64,000 nucleotides of DNA from Adineta vaga (Eukaryota; Animalia; Rotifera): NCBI GenBank assembly GCA_021613535.1, contig CP075495.1, positions 3,658,001 to 3,722,000 on the forward strand, written 5' to 3'. The first letter of the stretch is position 1. Each line of letters begins with the position of its first letter. The notes under the pieces were generated by a model that was given only the letters and a program-made list of their open reading frames with translations, did not search any database and was not told the DNA's origin. This document shows positions 42,291-55,300 of the stretch, in pieces. The translations under genes were made by a program, and so were the position numbers.

Positions 42291-43397
42291 TTATTTCCAA
42301 GGTGCATTGGAAATACCATTATACATAGTTGCAGAACGGAAAATACCCTAAAAAATCGGCAAATTATTACATCTTATAGCTGTTCTTTATAAGAAAAAAA
42401 CGAACCTGCATTTGACTTGGCAAAGGCAAACGATTAATTGAATCAAAGGTATTTTTCGTATTCATATGATACTATCAATGAAAAGCATGAAGAAAACAAT
42501 GGAATGTGAAGATATAGAACATACTCGTGGCCACATTGTACTTTTAGGAGTTTGATCATATACTCCAAGACCATAATTTCGAAAACTATATTTAACTGGT
42601 GTTTTCGTTGTTGATGAAAATGATGAACTGGAAAATGTTGGAGTTCGATAAATTTGATTTTGAGCTGAGCGTGTATCAGTTTGTGATTTGTCTGGTCGTA
42701 ATCTATAAAGAAATGATATTTATGAAAACTTTTCAGTCATTCATTTCCTACAAACCTATGACCGAATGCGGGTGTTGATGCTGATTGTAATGATGATGGA
42801 TCATTCGAACCCATTAATGCTTTACCTGAATCGTTCCAATTCTAGAATTTATAAAAAAAAATTTCTTTCAAGTTTAGAATAATATCAATTTACTTACTAA
42901 TCCAGTAAAGTCAACAAACGTATTACTACGAGTTGGGTCAAAATTTTGAAATTGTTCTAGATAATCAAAAGAACTCATAACTAAACAAATGATAGTTGTA
43001 AGAGTAAAATCAACCTTCAGTAAATGAACTCGTATGACGACAATGCTCATCAGGTAAACGGCAAAGAACTTCATCACGTTCAATATGTCGAATAGTTGGT
43101 ACTATGGGATTATATATTTGTTTCTTTACTGATGCTAACTTATATCGTGGTGCTCGAAATCTAGAAGAAATTCATGAACAAATGTTGATGTATCGAAATT
43201 AAGAATTATTACTCAGCAAATGTTCTTGGCGTAATATAACGACCTTGAGTTGAAAGATGTTGAAATTCATTCCAATCGCTTCTTAATGGATCAACATTGA
43301 CTCTACAAACAACATGTATTTACTAATTAATATCTATTTTTTTGAAATAGTCTAACTTTGGTAATGTATTAGATGGAATAAAAACGAGATCGTTCAT
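42291..43397 (-). CDS. TEPP: TEPP / sperm microtubule inner protein 8-like
   Basis: Hand-spliced RYKLASVKKQIYNPIVPTIRHIERDEVLCRLPDEHCRHTS resembles my recollection of human TEPP [40 protein letters not shown]; about 8 exons, correct frame not in the ORF track. Confidence 0.7.
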
Positions 43398-43848
43398 AAT
43401 TTTTCAGAGTAAATTCGTTGTTTTTCACTCGATTGAAAATGCTAACCAATGTCACAACTGACACTAATAAGTTGAGTGTTTTTGAAAAAACAGACACCCA
43501 AAGCCAAGAAGAAAAAAAGAAATGAACAGTGACAACAGCAACAGTAACAACAACAAAGATCGAAAAGAAAAAAAAGAAGAAAAAACTTTTGTTTGTGACA
43601 ATTCACCGTTCTCTGCATCATTTCTCTCTTTCTTTTTTCAATTCTATAGAAAAATAGAAATCAAATACCATACGGCAACAGCATCGCAACATAATTATGT
43701 CTTCCAATGACAATAGTAACGATTTTCACGTGCTGAAATTGTTTTCTTTTATATATATTGTAACTCTTCTATAATTCAAAGTATTTAATTATGTTCTTCA
43801 GATTGATAATGACGATTGAGAATCTGTTGTCTAAAAGCTGTAGGGTCA

Positions 43849-46002
43849 TCAAGATGAAAATGATTTGTAAGAACTAAGGGATTGGATGAAGGATAGATAT
43901 CTATGAAAGATATGAAATGATGAAGAAAACAGATTTTTATCTTTCTTTCTACTTGGAAAAAGATTAAATTGTCGTGTCCATTGATCATTTTGATGAATAA
44001 AACAATTCGATATGATTATTTCTTCCATGGGTTCGATATTCGATATCTGCTTACGAGAACTTATTTTAGTTTCTTCAATGATTGAATGATTCGATAGAAC
44101 ATCTTGATTTTCAATCAAACTATCTTTGATATCATCAGATATTGTTTGTAACTCTTCACTTTCCGAATACTTCTCACATTCACATGTACAATCTTTGCAA
44201 ATACATCGATGGTACTCATGACTACGTATCGATAATATTGACGGTTTAATTTCAATCTCATTCAAAACATTCTCTTCAATCTCTAATTCTGATTTGCATT
44301 GACATGGTTGATCTTCGCATACAATCGTTTGCCAATGTTCAAACAGTACCTTACACAACTCATCAGGTAAGTCCTAATAACATCAATTCATATTCAAAAC
44401 AAAAAAATTCTACTTCTTTCATTCAATCATACTTGTTCATTTAAATGTGCTTGCCAATCTATATATTGAAATAAATATTCATCAGTTAATGTTTTATCAC
44501 TTTGATTGAATTGATCAAAATTAATTTTCATATTTTCAATCTTGTCATCATGATTGATTTTGATTTTCCTCTTTTTTTCTTTCGATTTTTTCAAAGGAAT
44601 TCTTTCACATGAATCAATTTGTCCACGATACAATTGATTATTAGTTCCAACAATTTCAATATCTTGACTATTATGAAACATAATCTTTTGAATATTACTC
44701 TTCTTTTTTTTCATCGTATTATATATATTCGAAGGATCATAACCTAATAAATGATGTATCTAACAAAAGACAATGATCATGTATGTATAAAACCAATATT
44801 TTACTTGTAATCGAAGTGAATTCTGTAGATAACGTAAGGAATGTAATGAATGATTTTGAAATAAATTAGCAGCTGCCTTCAATGTATATAATGATAACGA
44901 AGGTGAAAGTGACTTCGTCTTACCCATGCTTGTCGTCGATAGAGTGGTATCGTTCCGTACGGTGATTTCAATAAAGCTTGTCGTTGATATTGACGAATAT
45001 AATCGAGTTCATAAGTGATATATGGTTGAGAACTTTGATAGGAATACATTCGATTTGTTGATTTCTTAGAAAATGGATAATTGGAAAGAATAGTTTGCAT
45101 TTGATGCGCTTGACATGACCCTGTTTTCATTAGTTTGATTTTTTCTAATTCATTTGCATTTTGTTTATTTAATTCGAGTAAGTTTTTTACTTGTTGATCG
45201 ATATAGATTTTAAATTGAATTAAATCTGTTTTATTCGATTTTTCGAGAAGATCTTGTTGAAATTTTAACAAATGAATATTTTCTTCATCTTGTTTATCAA
45301 AATTTCTCGACTCAAAATTAATCTTATCAATTGCTTGAAGAATTAGCTGAAGTGCATTATCATCAGTTTGACAGAGATGAAAACGTTCTTTTGCAATTAG
45401 AATAGATTCTTTTAAATTAATAACATTATCTTTCAGATGTATTACATATTGATCAATTTGATTATGAACAGTTGTAATATCATTCAACTCATCGTTGACT
45501 TTTATCGATTTCATTTGTATAGTTATCAAATATTTGAGAAACAATATAAAATCATTGAATAAAATCTTGAAATCTTTATCGATTGTTTGTTTGATTTGAT
45601 AATTATCAAGATTATAGATTAAATGTTTAAGATGATAAATTGAACGAACAAGTGACTTCCAATTGTATACATTCGAACAACAATTCCATATATATTGACG
45701 AAAAATATTAAGTTTATCTTGTAAAGAAGAGGATTGTTCTGTTTCATTTTTAATCTCATGAAATTTTTCTTCTAATTCAATTTGTTTCAAATGTAATTCA
45801 TTGACCTTTGATACAATATCATTTTCATCAATACTCGAGATATTCTTCGGCATAGTTTTTTGAGATAAAATTTCATCATCTTGATTATTTAATGGAAACA
45901 TGAGATAAACAAAAAAAGAAGAAAAGATTTACATTCAGTATTATTCTACCCGCCATCAAGGATGAATTGACAATCTATAAGATCATTGATCGAACTTTTC
46001 AT
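43849..46002 (-). CDS. Coiled-coil protein, divergent QRICH2/C16orf96 (DUF4795)-like; 5' end uncertain
   Basis: Coiled-coil ORF followed by QPYITYELDYIRQYQR and QDIEIVGTNNQLYRGQID, resembling QRICH2 RPYTVFELEQVRQH and EVDILGLDGHIYKGRMD; Cys-rich acidic tail. Confidence 0.5.
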
Positions 46003-47582
46003 GCAAGAAAGAGAAAACATCTATCAGAAATGTGATTTCTTATTCATTATTATTTATACATATCTGTTTTGTTTTTTCTCTTCTTTCAAGCGAAGATAAA
46101 GGACATCATTTAGTATATGCTCTTTCCATTATATTATATACACATAATCATTTTTATCGGGAGAACAGAATGGCAAAAAATTACTCGCTTGCTTTTATAA
46201 TCATCAAGAGAGAAGTCTGGCATTTCTTTCTTTTCTGAATTCATGCAAACAAATTCATTAACAAAAGTATGTACAAGTTAATCGAATAGAACATCAAATA
46301 ACGATCTAATCGAGAATTTCGAGATTACCTTGGTTTTCTCATCTATACAAATTTCTATAGAAAAAAAATGCTAATGAGAAAATAACACATTCTTTAGAAC
46401 TCGCGATTCATTTGCATATTCTACTGGACAAAGCAAAGTATGGTACCAAATGTAGTACGAAAACGAGAGCCCTTTCAGACGTTTATCGTCTCATCGTTAG
46501 TGCACGAAGAAGGGCGCAGTTCTTTTATTATCAAACTATCATTTTCGTATAGTGAATGTTTCACTTTTCATTTTTTTTGCCTATTTTGTAAAAAGAATAG
46601 TACAAATCTTAAATTATCATTCACATTCAAATCGCTGAATGTTACATATATCATAGTAGTTGATTAATGTTATATGTACATGACATTTTAAACATATTTA
46701 CTTTCTATTGTAATGTTTGCTGAAAATAAGTTTTGATTGAACATCTGTACACGTATTAACTATTCGCGTAGGTTGCAAGACTAAATTTCTCTCAAATATC
46801 TTGATAATTATTATTTCCTTGAATTTTTCTCTTTTTTACTATTTAATAGTAATAAAATGAATTATTTTATAACATAGGTACTTTTAATATTGACTCGTTT
46901 TTTTTCTGTCGAGTTAAATATGATTTCATTGTCGTTTTACCTTTATTCTATAAACGGTCTGTTCAATCGAGCAGAAATTTTAAAACATCAATCATTTGAT
47001 TTTATTAATTCTTTACGCTTGAACGATTTATATCGTGTACATAGTTAACTTTACTATTTGTTGATCAGATAGAAAAAAACAGAAGAATTGTGTTTCTGAA
47101 AGATTAATAATCTTCATCAATGGAATGTAAGTAATATTCGATTGTTTTTTTATTGAAAGAATCAAAAAATCTTTTATTATGCTGTTAATATATTTTACCT
47201 TTTTGTTTTTCGATCAGTATGATGTGTCTTTATTTGAAATTGTCTCACGCTTGATAAGACAGTAAGAAAAAAACACGTTTGAATGTATAGAATGCAATAC
47301 GATGAATATAAACGTGAATGTATAATAACCAACTGATGAATATTTATGTGATATCATATAATAGTGAATCGATTGGATTGGATAGTATAGTATATAAAAT
47401 ATTATTCTAAATAATGAAGGAAATAGGATGTTCTCATTTTCTTTTAACTTTTTTTTTTAAATAAGATTCATTGATCATGTAAGTAGAACAATGTATAAAG
47501 TATATATAGGATCGATATCCATAACAGTATCTATGATTTCGCTATTGTATATCCGTTTAACATCAATGTTGTTTTAATGAAA

Positions 47583-47600
47583 AAAAGACACGTGTCTTTT
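47583..47600. promoter_or_regulatory. 18-bp perfect palindrome centred on an E-box (AAAAGACACGTGTCTTTT), about 200 bp upstream of the GT61 gene
   Basis: Directly visible palindrome; function not demonstrable from sequence. Confidence 0.3.
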
Positions 47601-47797
47601 AATGATGTCGTGAAATCGACCTAAACATATTGACTGGATATTCATTGCACCTATAAATATATGCATTTTCGACATCTTTTAAGATATCTTTATGAGTACA
47701 AGAGCATTTTCCTCTTTTCTTCCACTGATAAGATCTTGTCATAGTTGTAGGTAATAGAATTCTTTTCTTTTGTTTTTTCTTCTCTTTTTTAGTTTCA

Positions 47798-49249
47798 ATG
47801 TCTGGTACTAATCCTTGTTTGAAACTATTTTCTCAAAATCGTCGTCGTCGTCGAACTTATTTATTAAATCTATTCATAATTAGTCTTTGTCTATGTTCAA
47901 TTTTTCCAATAAAAAATCATATTAATCATCTATCACCAAAAAAACATCTTTCCAGCAATGCATCTTGTTCGGAAATATCATCCATGAAACTAATATTAAA
48001 TTGTTCAGGTGATCCATTAAAGACTTGGTGTAAAAATGAAATGAATGTTTGTGATTCGTCAATGATTATTTTTATGAAACAATTTTTTATTACACATTCA
48101 GCTATATTACAACCAAACTATGCTCAAGGTAAACGTCTTGGTGGTGAAGAAATTCAAGAAGTTTTAAATCAAGCTGAAAAAGATGAATATTTTCATTTTG
48201 AAAAAAACTTCCTTCAAGTAAAGAAATCTTTTGCAATGAATGAATATTTCATTTGATTCATTTACTTGTAGCTTCCATGTAATATACCGAAATCGATTGA
48301 TATTTCTTTTGGCAGTCATCTTACCAATGTTTTATCTTCCATAACATCCTATCAAACATGTTCTAATATAGATTTAGTAATTAATGAAACAACGATAGCT
48401 GTTAATCGACATGATTATGTGAATATTTATCATACACTAACAGATCTTTATACAGTTTATCTTCTTTGTCGATTCTTTCAACGTGACCCAAAATCTGTTC
48501 GAATACTTTTTCTTGATGCACATCCAAAAGGAAATTTAGATATTTATTGGACACAATTATTTCATTCCTTTTCTCGTTTAGGACATATGAAAAATTATAA
48601 ATCAATGTTTTATAAAGAATTAATTTGGTCTCAACCACAAGCTCAATCCGAAATCGATGTCCAACGACATCGATCGAAGACACCAAGTTTTTTCGAAGAT
48701 TTTCGTGCACATATGCTCGAACAATTTCATATTGATTCACGAACTAATCAAACCATTAATTGTCAATCATTACAAGTATTCTTTCTTGGACGACGAAATT
48801 ATGTTGCACATCCAAGAAATCCAACAGGAAAAATTACTCGACAATTACAAAATGAAAAGGAAATTTTGGAAAATTTACAAAGAAAATTTTCTCAATATTC
48901 ACAAATTAATTTTACTTATAATTATTTTGAACAATTATCTATTGAAGAACAATTAAAAACTATTGTTAAAACAGATGTTTATATTGGTATGCATGGTGCT
49001 GGTTTAACTTATGTTATGCTTTTAAAACCATATCGAGCATTAGTTGAATTAGCTTCTTCATCATGGGAATCACAAGATCATTTTGAATTAATGGCATCAA
49101 TGAATCATGTTCATTACCATCGTTGTCGTATTCATGATGGTTCATCGACAATGACAGAAACAATATTTAATTGTGCAAAAAAGAAAATCCTACAACTATG
49201 TCCGTCAATTATGAATCTTTCACCAATTAATAGTCAAATTCATCGATAA
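47798..49249 (+). CDS. GT61-family glycosyltransferase (EOGT/POMGNT2-like), type II membrane, 2 exons
   Basis: Signal anchor; RHDYVNIYHTLTD, ILFLDAHPKG, RRNYVAHPRN, RQLQNEKEI, EEQLKTIVKTDVYIGMHGAGLT. Confidence 0.85.
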
Positions 49250-49685
49250 AATTTTCTTCGTTCATGCAAGAATAGTATTATTTGTATCAAATTTTCAAAT
49301 TGTTTTTCTAAATACGAAGTTTTTTTTTCGAAAAACAATTTCGTTTTAGTTTACAAATGATTTGCAAATGTCATTGCAAAGATAAAATTAAGACGATAGT
49401 ATTTTTGTTACAATAAGCTCAAATTTCTCAATAACAAAACAAAACATGAGTACAGTTTCTATTGAAATAATACAACTAATTTTTCAAACGATCAATGTCA
49501 TGAACATTTCGTTAGTTTAATATCTCAAACAAAACACTTGAATTTGAAAAAGAATCAAAACATGATTTGACACTTTTCCTTCTTTTTCTTTTTTTTTCTC
49601 TCTTGAAAAGAAAAAGTTGAATTTATGCGGACAAAAAAATGAGCCATTTTATTGACAACACATACTACTTGAAATCTAACACATC

Positions 49686-50297
49686 ATGGGTAGTAACAAA
49701 AGCAAGCAAAAAAAACAAACGAAGTAATCGAATCAAATCCAACTCTTTGATCTCATAAATTCAATCTATTTTTTTCCTAGAACATATGTTCAACCTTATC
49801 CACAGAAACCAGTTAAAATTCATCCAGTTGTACCACCTGAACCTAAACCGGAACCGAAATTACCGAAAAAAATCATGAAAAAAATACCTCATATTCTTCC
49901 TCGATACATTCCACGACGTGATCGACTGTACAATCCTCAAAGTGTACGACCTATTGAATTGTCATGGTTTCAACAGAATAATCAAAACGATAATTATTCG
50001 TATGTATAGTATTGAAGATTATTTTTCTATGATAACAATATTTTTCTTCTTCATTTTTTTAGTCGAATCAATTACCATTATCACAACCTTCATCCTCATC
50101 ACTATCATGAACATTATCATCATCATCATAATAATAACCTTCATAATGATGAACATGATACTCGACTTCCCTTAGCAATCAAACGGTGGCCAATAAATGA
50201 TGATAAATATACAAGATCACGATTTCGATTACGAACACAATTCCGTACCAAGTCTTTTATTGATGAATACGTTTATCAAAAAAAAGCTCCCTCATAA
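49686..50297 (+). CDS. 163-aa orphan: N-myristoylation signal, Pro/Lys-rich middle, His-rich segment
   Basis: Exons 49686-49723, 49781-49999 and 50063-50297 join in frame through two phase-2 GT-AG introns; starts MGSNKSKQKKQ; not in the ORF track. Confidence 0.7.
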
Positions 50298-52385
50298 TTC
50301 GTTCTCTTACATATCGTTCCTTTTGTTATTTATTCACCACATTTTCTATCATTGTTTATGAAAGAGAGCATTTCAGAGTGCAAACACTTTATATGCTCTC
50401 ATTGTATATCGATATTTTTTCCAATGTAAAAAAAACACATGCACACACACACGCTACGTATTTATTCTAATAAACATTATATATCGAATAAGAAAAATAC
50501 TGTTAATCGACTACACATAATAATCATAAATTTTCTTTTCGTTTCTTTTTTTTTCCTTTAGCACAATCAAATATCAATCAAAGGTGCTTTTGAATAGTGT
50601 ACTTAAAAAATATATATATATATATAGTGTGATCAGAATCTACTGTGAAGAAAAAAAAGAGACAGGCATATTTATCGAATGGATTCTTCGCTTTCCTCTA
50701 ACGTCTCTGCGCGACAAAACGTATCAGACAAATATAAGCAAGAGAGAAAAAAACAGCCTTTACATGCATATAGACAATCACAAAAAAAAACGAAGAGAGT
50801 CAACGACACATCGACGATAATGACGTTGATATAAACACAATCAAAACGAGTGTATATATTTGTCTTTGCTCAAGGCATCCGTGGTTTTGTGGTCAAATTT
50901 TGTGACGTATATGGTACTTTCCTATTTACTTTCTTTTTCACTTCTTCCTTATTAAATATTCAAAGTAAGTTTATTTAACTAGCGGTATTATAGAAAAGTT
51001 TCAAAGATCATACACACACATTTGTTTGTTCATCGAAAGAACCTTCAAGGTTATTCTATTATTGTTTATTGTATAAGAGTATAGGATGTGTTAAGTAACA
51101 TGAGACAATAGCTTCCTATCTTTATACCCAAGTGTCACTGATATTAGTTATTATGTGCAAAAGTTTGATGATTGGCAACATCAACATACGGTTCTCTTAT
51201 CTCTTGCCTACTGAGTTTTGTCTCTTTGACAATGATTGATGAGACTTTAGAAAACAGTAATGATCTCGCGTTGAAAAGTTCTGCATGCATCCATAAATAT
51301 ATATAGATGTATGTATGTGTGTGTGTGTGTGTGAATATGTATATATCGATGAGTTCGACGTATACTATTTGAATACTAAGCATGCACTTTGAAAAAAAAA
51401 ACAACTTAACATTTTCATTGTAGAATTTCGGTGTTGCGTGTTGATGCTTCGAGCATAGTATCCTTTTCTTTCTCTTTCTTTTTTTTCTTCATCTTTTCGA
51501 TGAAGGTCAAGAACAAACGATAACAATTATCTTGTTAAGGTATTCCTAAGTAAACTGTAGTTTTTTGTTCCATATCTATCGATCTTATCCATGAATCACA
51601 AAGATCGATGGAAATTAATTAAATCAATTACTGAATTTCAATGGAATGTAGGTCGGTTGGAAGCGTTTATACAAAAGGAAAAAATAATTCTCGGATAGTG
51701 AACATCATATTTCTTGATTGATGATATGTGAAGGACAGTAATCGTTTATTTAGAATAGATTGAAAAGAGAAAGTTGTTTAGAGCTTTTCGTAATAATATA
51801 TATATGTATATATATATATAGTTCTTTTTTCATTATCATCGGATCTTTGTTGATATTAGTATATTATATATATATATATTCTCAATGGAAATATATCCCC
51901 GAAATGAAATATATGAGATTATCAATGTCAGACAAATGGCTAAAGATTATTTACACACTATTCGTTTTCTTTCCATTTGATGATTAGATTAGAATGTTTT
52001 GATAGATAGACGGAAGCATTGTTGAAATACTTGTTGAAACGCACAATTGTCATCGATCGATGTTTTTGCTCTTTAGTTTAATTATAAACGGGAAAAGATA
52101 AACTGATGAAAAGAAAACTAGAGAAAACGGGAGAAGAAGAAAAAAGTAATAGAAGACATAAACAAGAAATTTTGTTTACTCTGTTGATATATGCCTCACA
52201 ATCATCAATAAGAATCAATCTTTTTGAATAAAGAAATATGATGGTTGATGACGAAAAAAAACGCAAATAGACCTTCTTTTTTCTCTCTTTCCCTCTCCCT
52301 CCTTCTCTCTCTCTTCTCTTCTCTTTCCCTTTCCTTTTTTTTATGTAGTAAACATTTGCTATTCGCGTTCGCTTCCCTGTATTTG

Positions 52386-55300
52386 ATGCTGTCCCTGTGG
52401 TTTGTGGTTGTATGCCAAGAGACAATGAGAATAAAGAGAGAAAGACGAGTGACGCGTGCCTGTTTGGAACATATGAAGAAGATATTTTTGAACAATCGTC
52501 ATGTCCTTACCAACTTAATCGACTGGTTAATTCGATCATCTAAAGACAAAAATCACGCATCTTATTAACTTATTGATAATAATAAGAATGATGTTTGCCG
52601 TTATGCATATACAAGAAATATGTTTTTGTACACATGAGTAAATAGAACTATACTAGAAGTAATTTATTAACAAAATATGTAAGTACATTTTTCTCTTATT
52701 AGTTTTAATCAAGCGTAGAACAATTGTAATGGATCAATGCATAAATGATAGTTCTAGTGCATTTGTTTCGCTTTTCTTTTCCATCAACAGATTTCTATAC
52801 ATAAATCTTTATCATTTCCGTTTTGTTTATTTGATGTCCCTCGATTCATTTAGTGTTGATATTATTATTATGAGTTAATGTATATACTTAGTAGCAGTTA
52901 AAAAAGAAACGAAGAAGAAAAAACCATATTGAAGAAGACAGATGTAAGTGATGATATTTTGTATCTTAATTTATTTTGATACAATGCGTTCCTTTCTATC
53001 TTCTCTCCGAAAGTTAATTATTCTCAAAGACTATCTTTATCTTTATCTTTATTACTAATACATTGATGAAAGATAAAAGTGTTGAACGAATTGCATTTTC
53101 CTGAAAAAAGAACACTTCCTGCTCGGTTTATACGAATATATGACCTGATTCCTTTCTTCGGATGAAATACTTAAATAAATTATTATAATGATATGTAGAC
53201 ATATATATGTCCATATAAATATTTTTGTACTGACAATCACATAACTAACAAATACATATATATATATTTCCTTAATGTTTGTGCTTGCCGTTTACTGTAA
53301 TTGATGTAGCTGCTGTAGGAGATATCATTTTTCGGATTAGTTATCATGGGTGAGAAAAGAAGAGAAAAGAGAAGATAGTAAAAGAAAAGATGCTACTGTT
53401 GCGGTCTATAATTGCGGAAGGTTTTACCACTATTTATTACTCAATAGAAACACCAGAGAAAGAGAAAGGAATAATTACATAGTCGAATAGTTATCTGGTT
53501 TTTTTTCTGGCTTATAACATCAGTTGTTTATGTATATGCTCGTCAGATTTGCTATTTAGATGAATGTGGGTAAAGAGAAAAAAAATTATTTATCTTCGTT
53601 AGACTAATGATAGACATGACTTGCACGGCATGTACTACTTGTTTGTATATATGTTAGAAAAAGACAGTCGTCTTTCTCGCATTCGAAGAGAAATTCCTTC
53701 TAACCATTTTCGTCATTTTCATCTCAAGAGAATATCCTTAAGTAACGAAGAAAGTAAGTAATTAATAGATTATATTGACTGAAGATAAAATTTCGAACTA
53801 AACCTTTTGTTTTTTCTCACATATTAATAAATATTCGTTAATCATTATTTTGGACCTTGTCCTTTATATGTTATTACATCTCAAAGTCGTTACTGTATTA
53901 TATATATATACATATATACATACATACATACATACATAATGTTCGTGTGAAGACCAAATTATGATCTATGAAAAGAAAGAAGCGTCCTTCCAGTGGAAGT
54001 GTTTATATTTGATATCCGTATGAGATGAACCACATAATACTTTCTCTTTCTATCTTAGATGAATAAATGAGATAGTTTAGAGAGAATTACATAATGATAG
54101 AATATTCATATCAAAGAATTTTCTCTCCAGAAGTATACCGAATAATTGAGTTAGACAAAGAAACTGTCCATACATAAAATGAGAAGGTTTTCTTTTGTGA
54201 GAAGAGAAAAAAAGATGAAGTATGTGTTTATTGTTGATACTTTCGAATTCTATTTTTTCTGTCAGAACAAAAACATCAATGTTTTTTTTATAATTTTTCA
54301 TCATTATATATTTGTGTGTATGGCAATCAATCATTGAGTTTGTTTTATTTTTTCAGATAACATTCTCTTAACCTTTTTCCAACTTTGTCAATCCTAAAAA
54401 TTTTTGGGATGGACGCAAAAATTATCACCGGATTATTGTTGTGTGTCTATTTAATGACATGCATATCATTATCACAAGTAAATATAATTTTTTCTGTCTT
54501 GGTTTTTTTTCACAAGAAATAATGACTCATTTGATGATATTAGAGTGCTTCGGATGAGTTTAATTCAAGGTTGCGGTTTCGACGACAAGACGCAGGAAGT
54601 ACGTTGATGTCAAATGAATATTCATTGCTTTTTTTCTCTCTATCTAATTAATCACATGTTTCGATTTCTTCTTTCGATAATTAACTCTCTATTGCTTAAT
54701 CTTTTGCTACTTGCTTTCTCCCGCTATTAGGCTTGACTTGCCCAGAAGGTACTAAACCTTGCAAAGATGATAACAACAAATGTGTTACATATTGCAATGG
54801 AAATCCTGAATGTGATGATGCTTCGGATGAGCTTGATTGTGGTAAGTAATATGATAATGTATATAGTCATTATCAGCAGAAAAAAAAGATCAATTAACCA
54901 TATTCGCTTCATCCATTCATCTTCAGCAACTATTGCTTCTGCAACAATTGAAAATGAAAATGATCGTGCCAATGCCGCAGAAGCAACAACCGATCTTGCT
55001 GAAGCTACTCTCCCACAAATATCAATATTTGATCAACAAACGAATCCGTCAGGTGTGATGACGAAATAGAAAAAATAGGATATATCGAATGGCATGAGAT
55101 GTTTTGTTTATTTGAATCTAGTGATACTTGCTTGCTTGCTTTTTGCCTGCCGAGAATTTTGCTGTTTCTTTTCTGTTCTTTCAAAACAAAAAATCCTAAT
55201 CAATCATTTTTCTTCATTCTAGTTGCTACAGGTGCCACTACTGATGGTAAGTTTGATGAATTGATTTTTTTGTTTCCTCGAAATTCTAAATTCAGCTAAT

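Noticed and set aside
50500-54500. Numerous short hydrophobic or Lys-rich ORFs
   Set aside because: Derived from (TA)n, (TG)n, (CT)n and poly-A tracts in the perlecan upstream/intronic region
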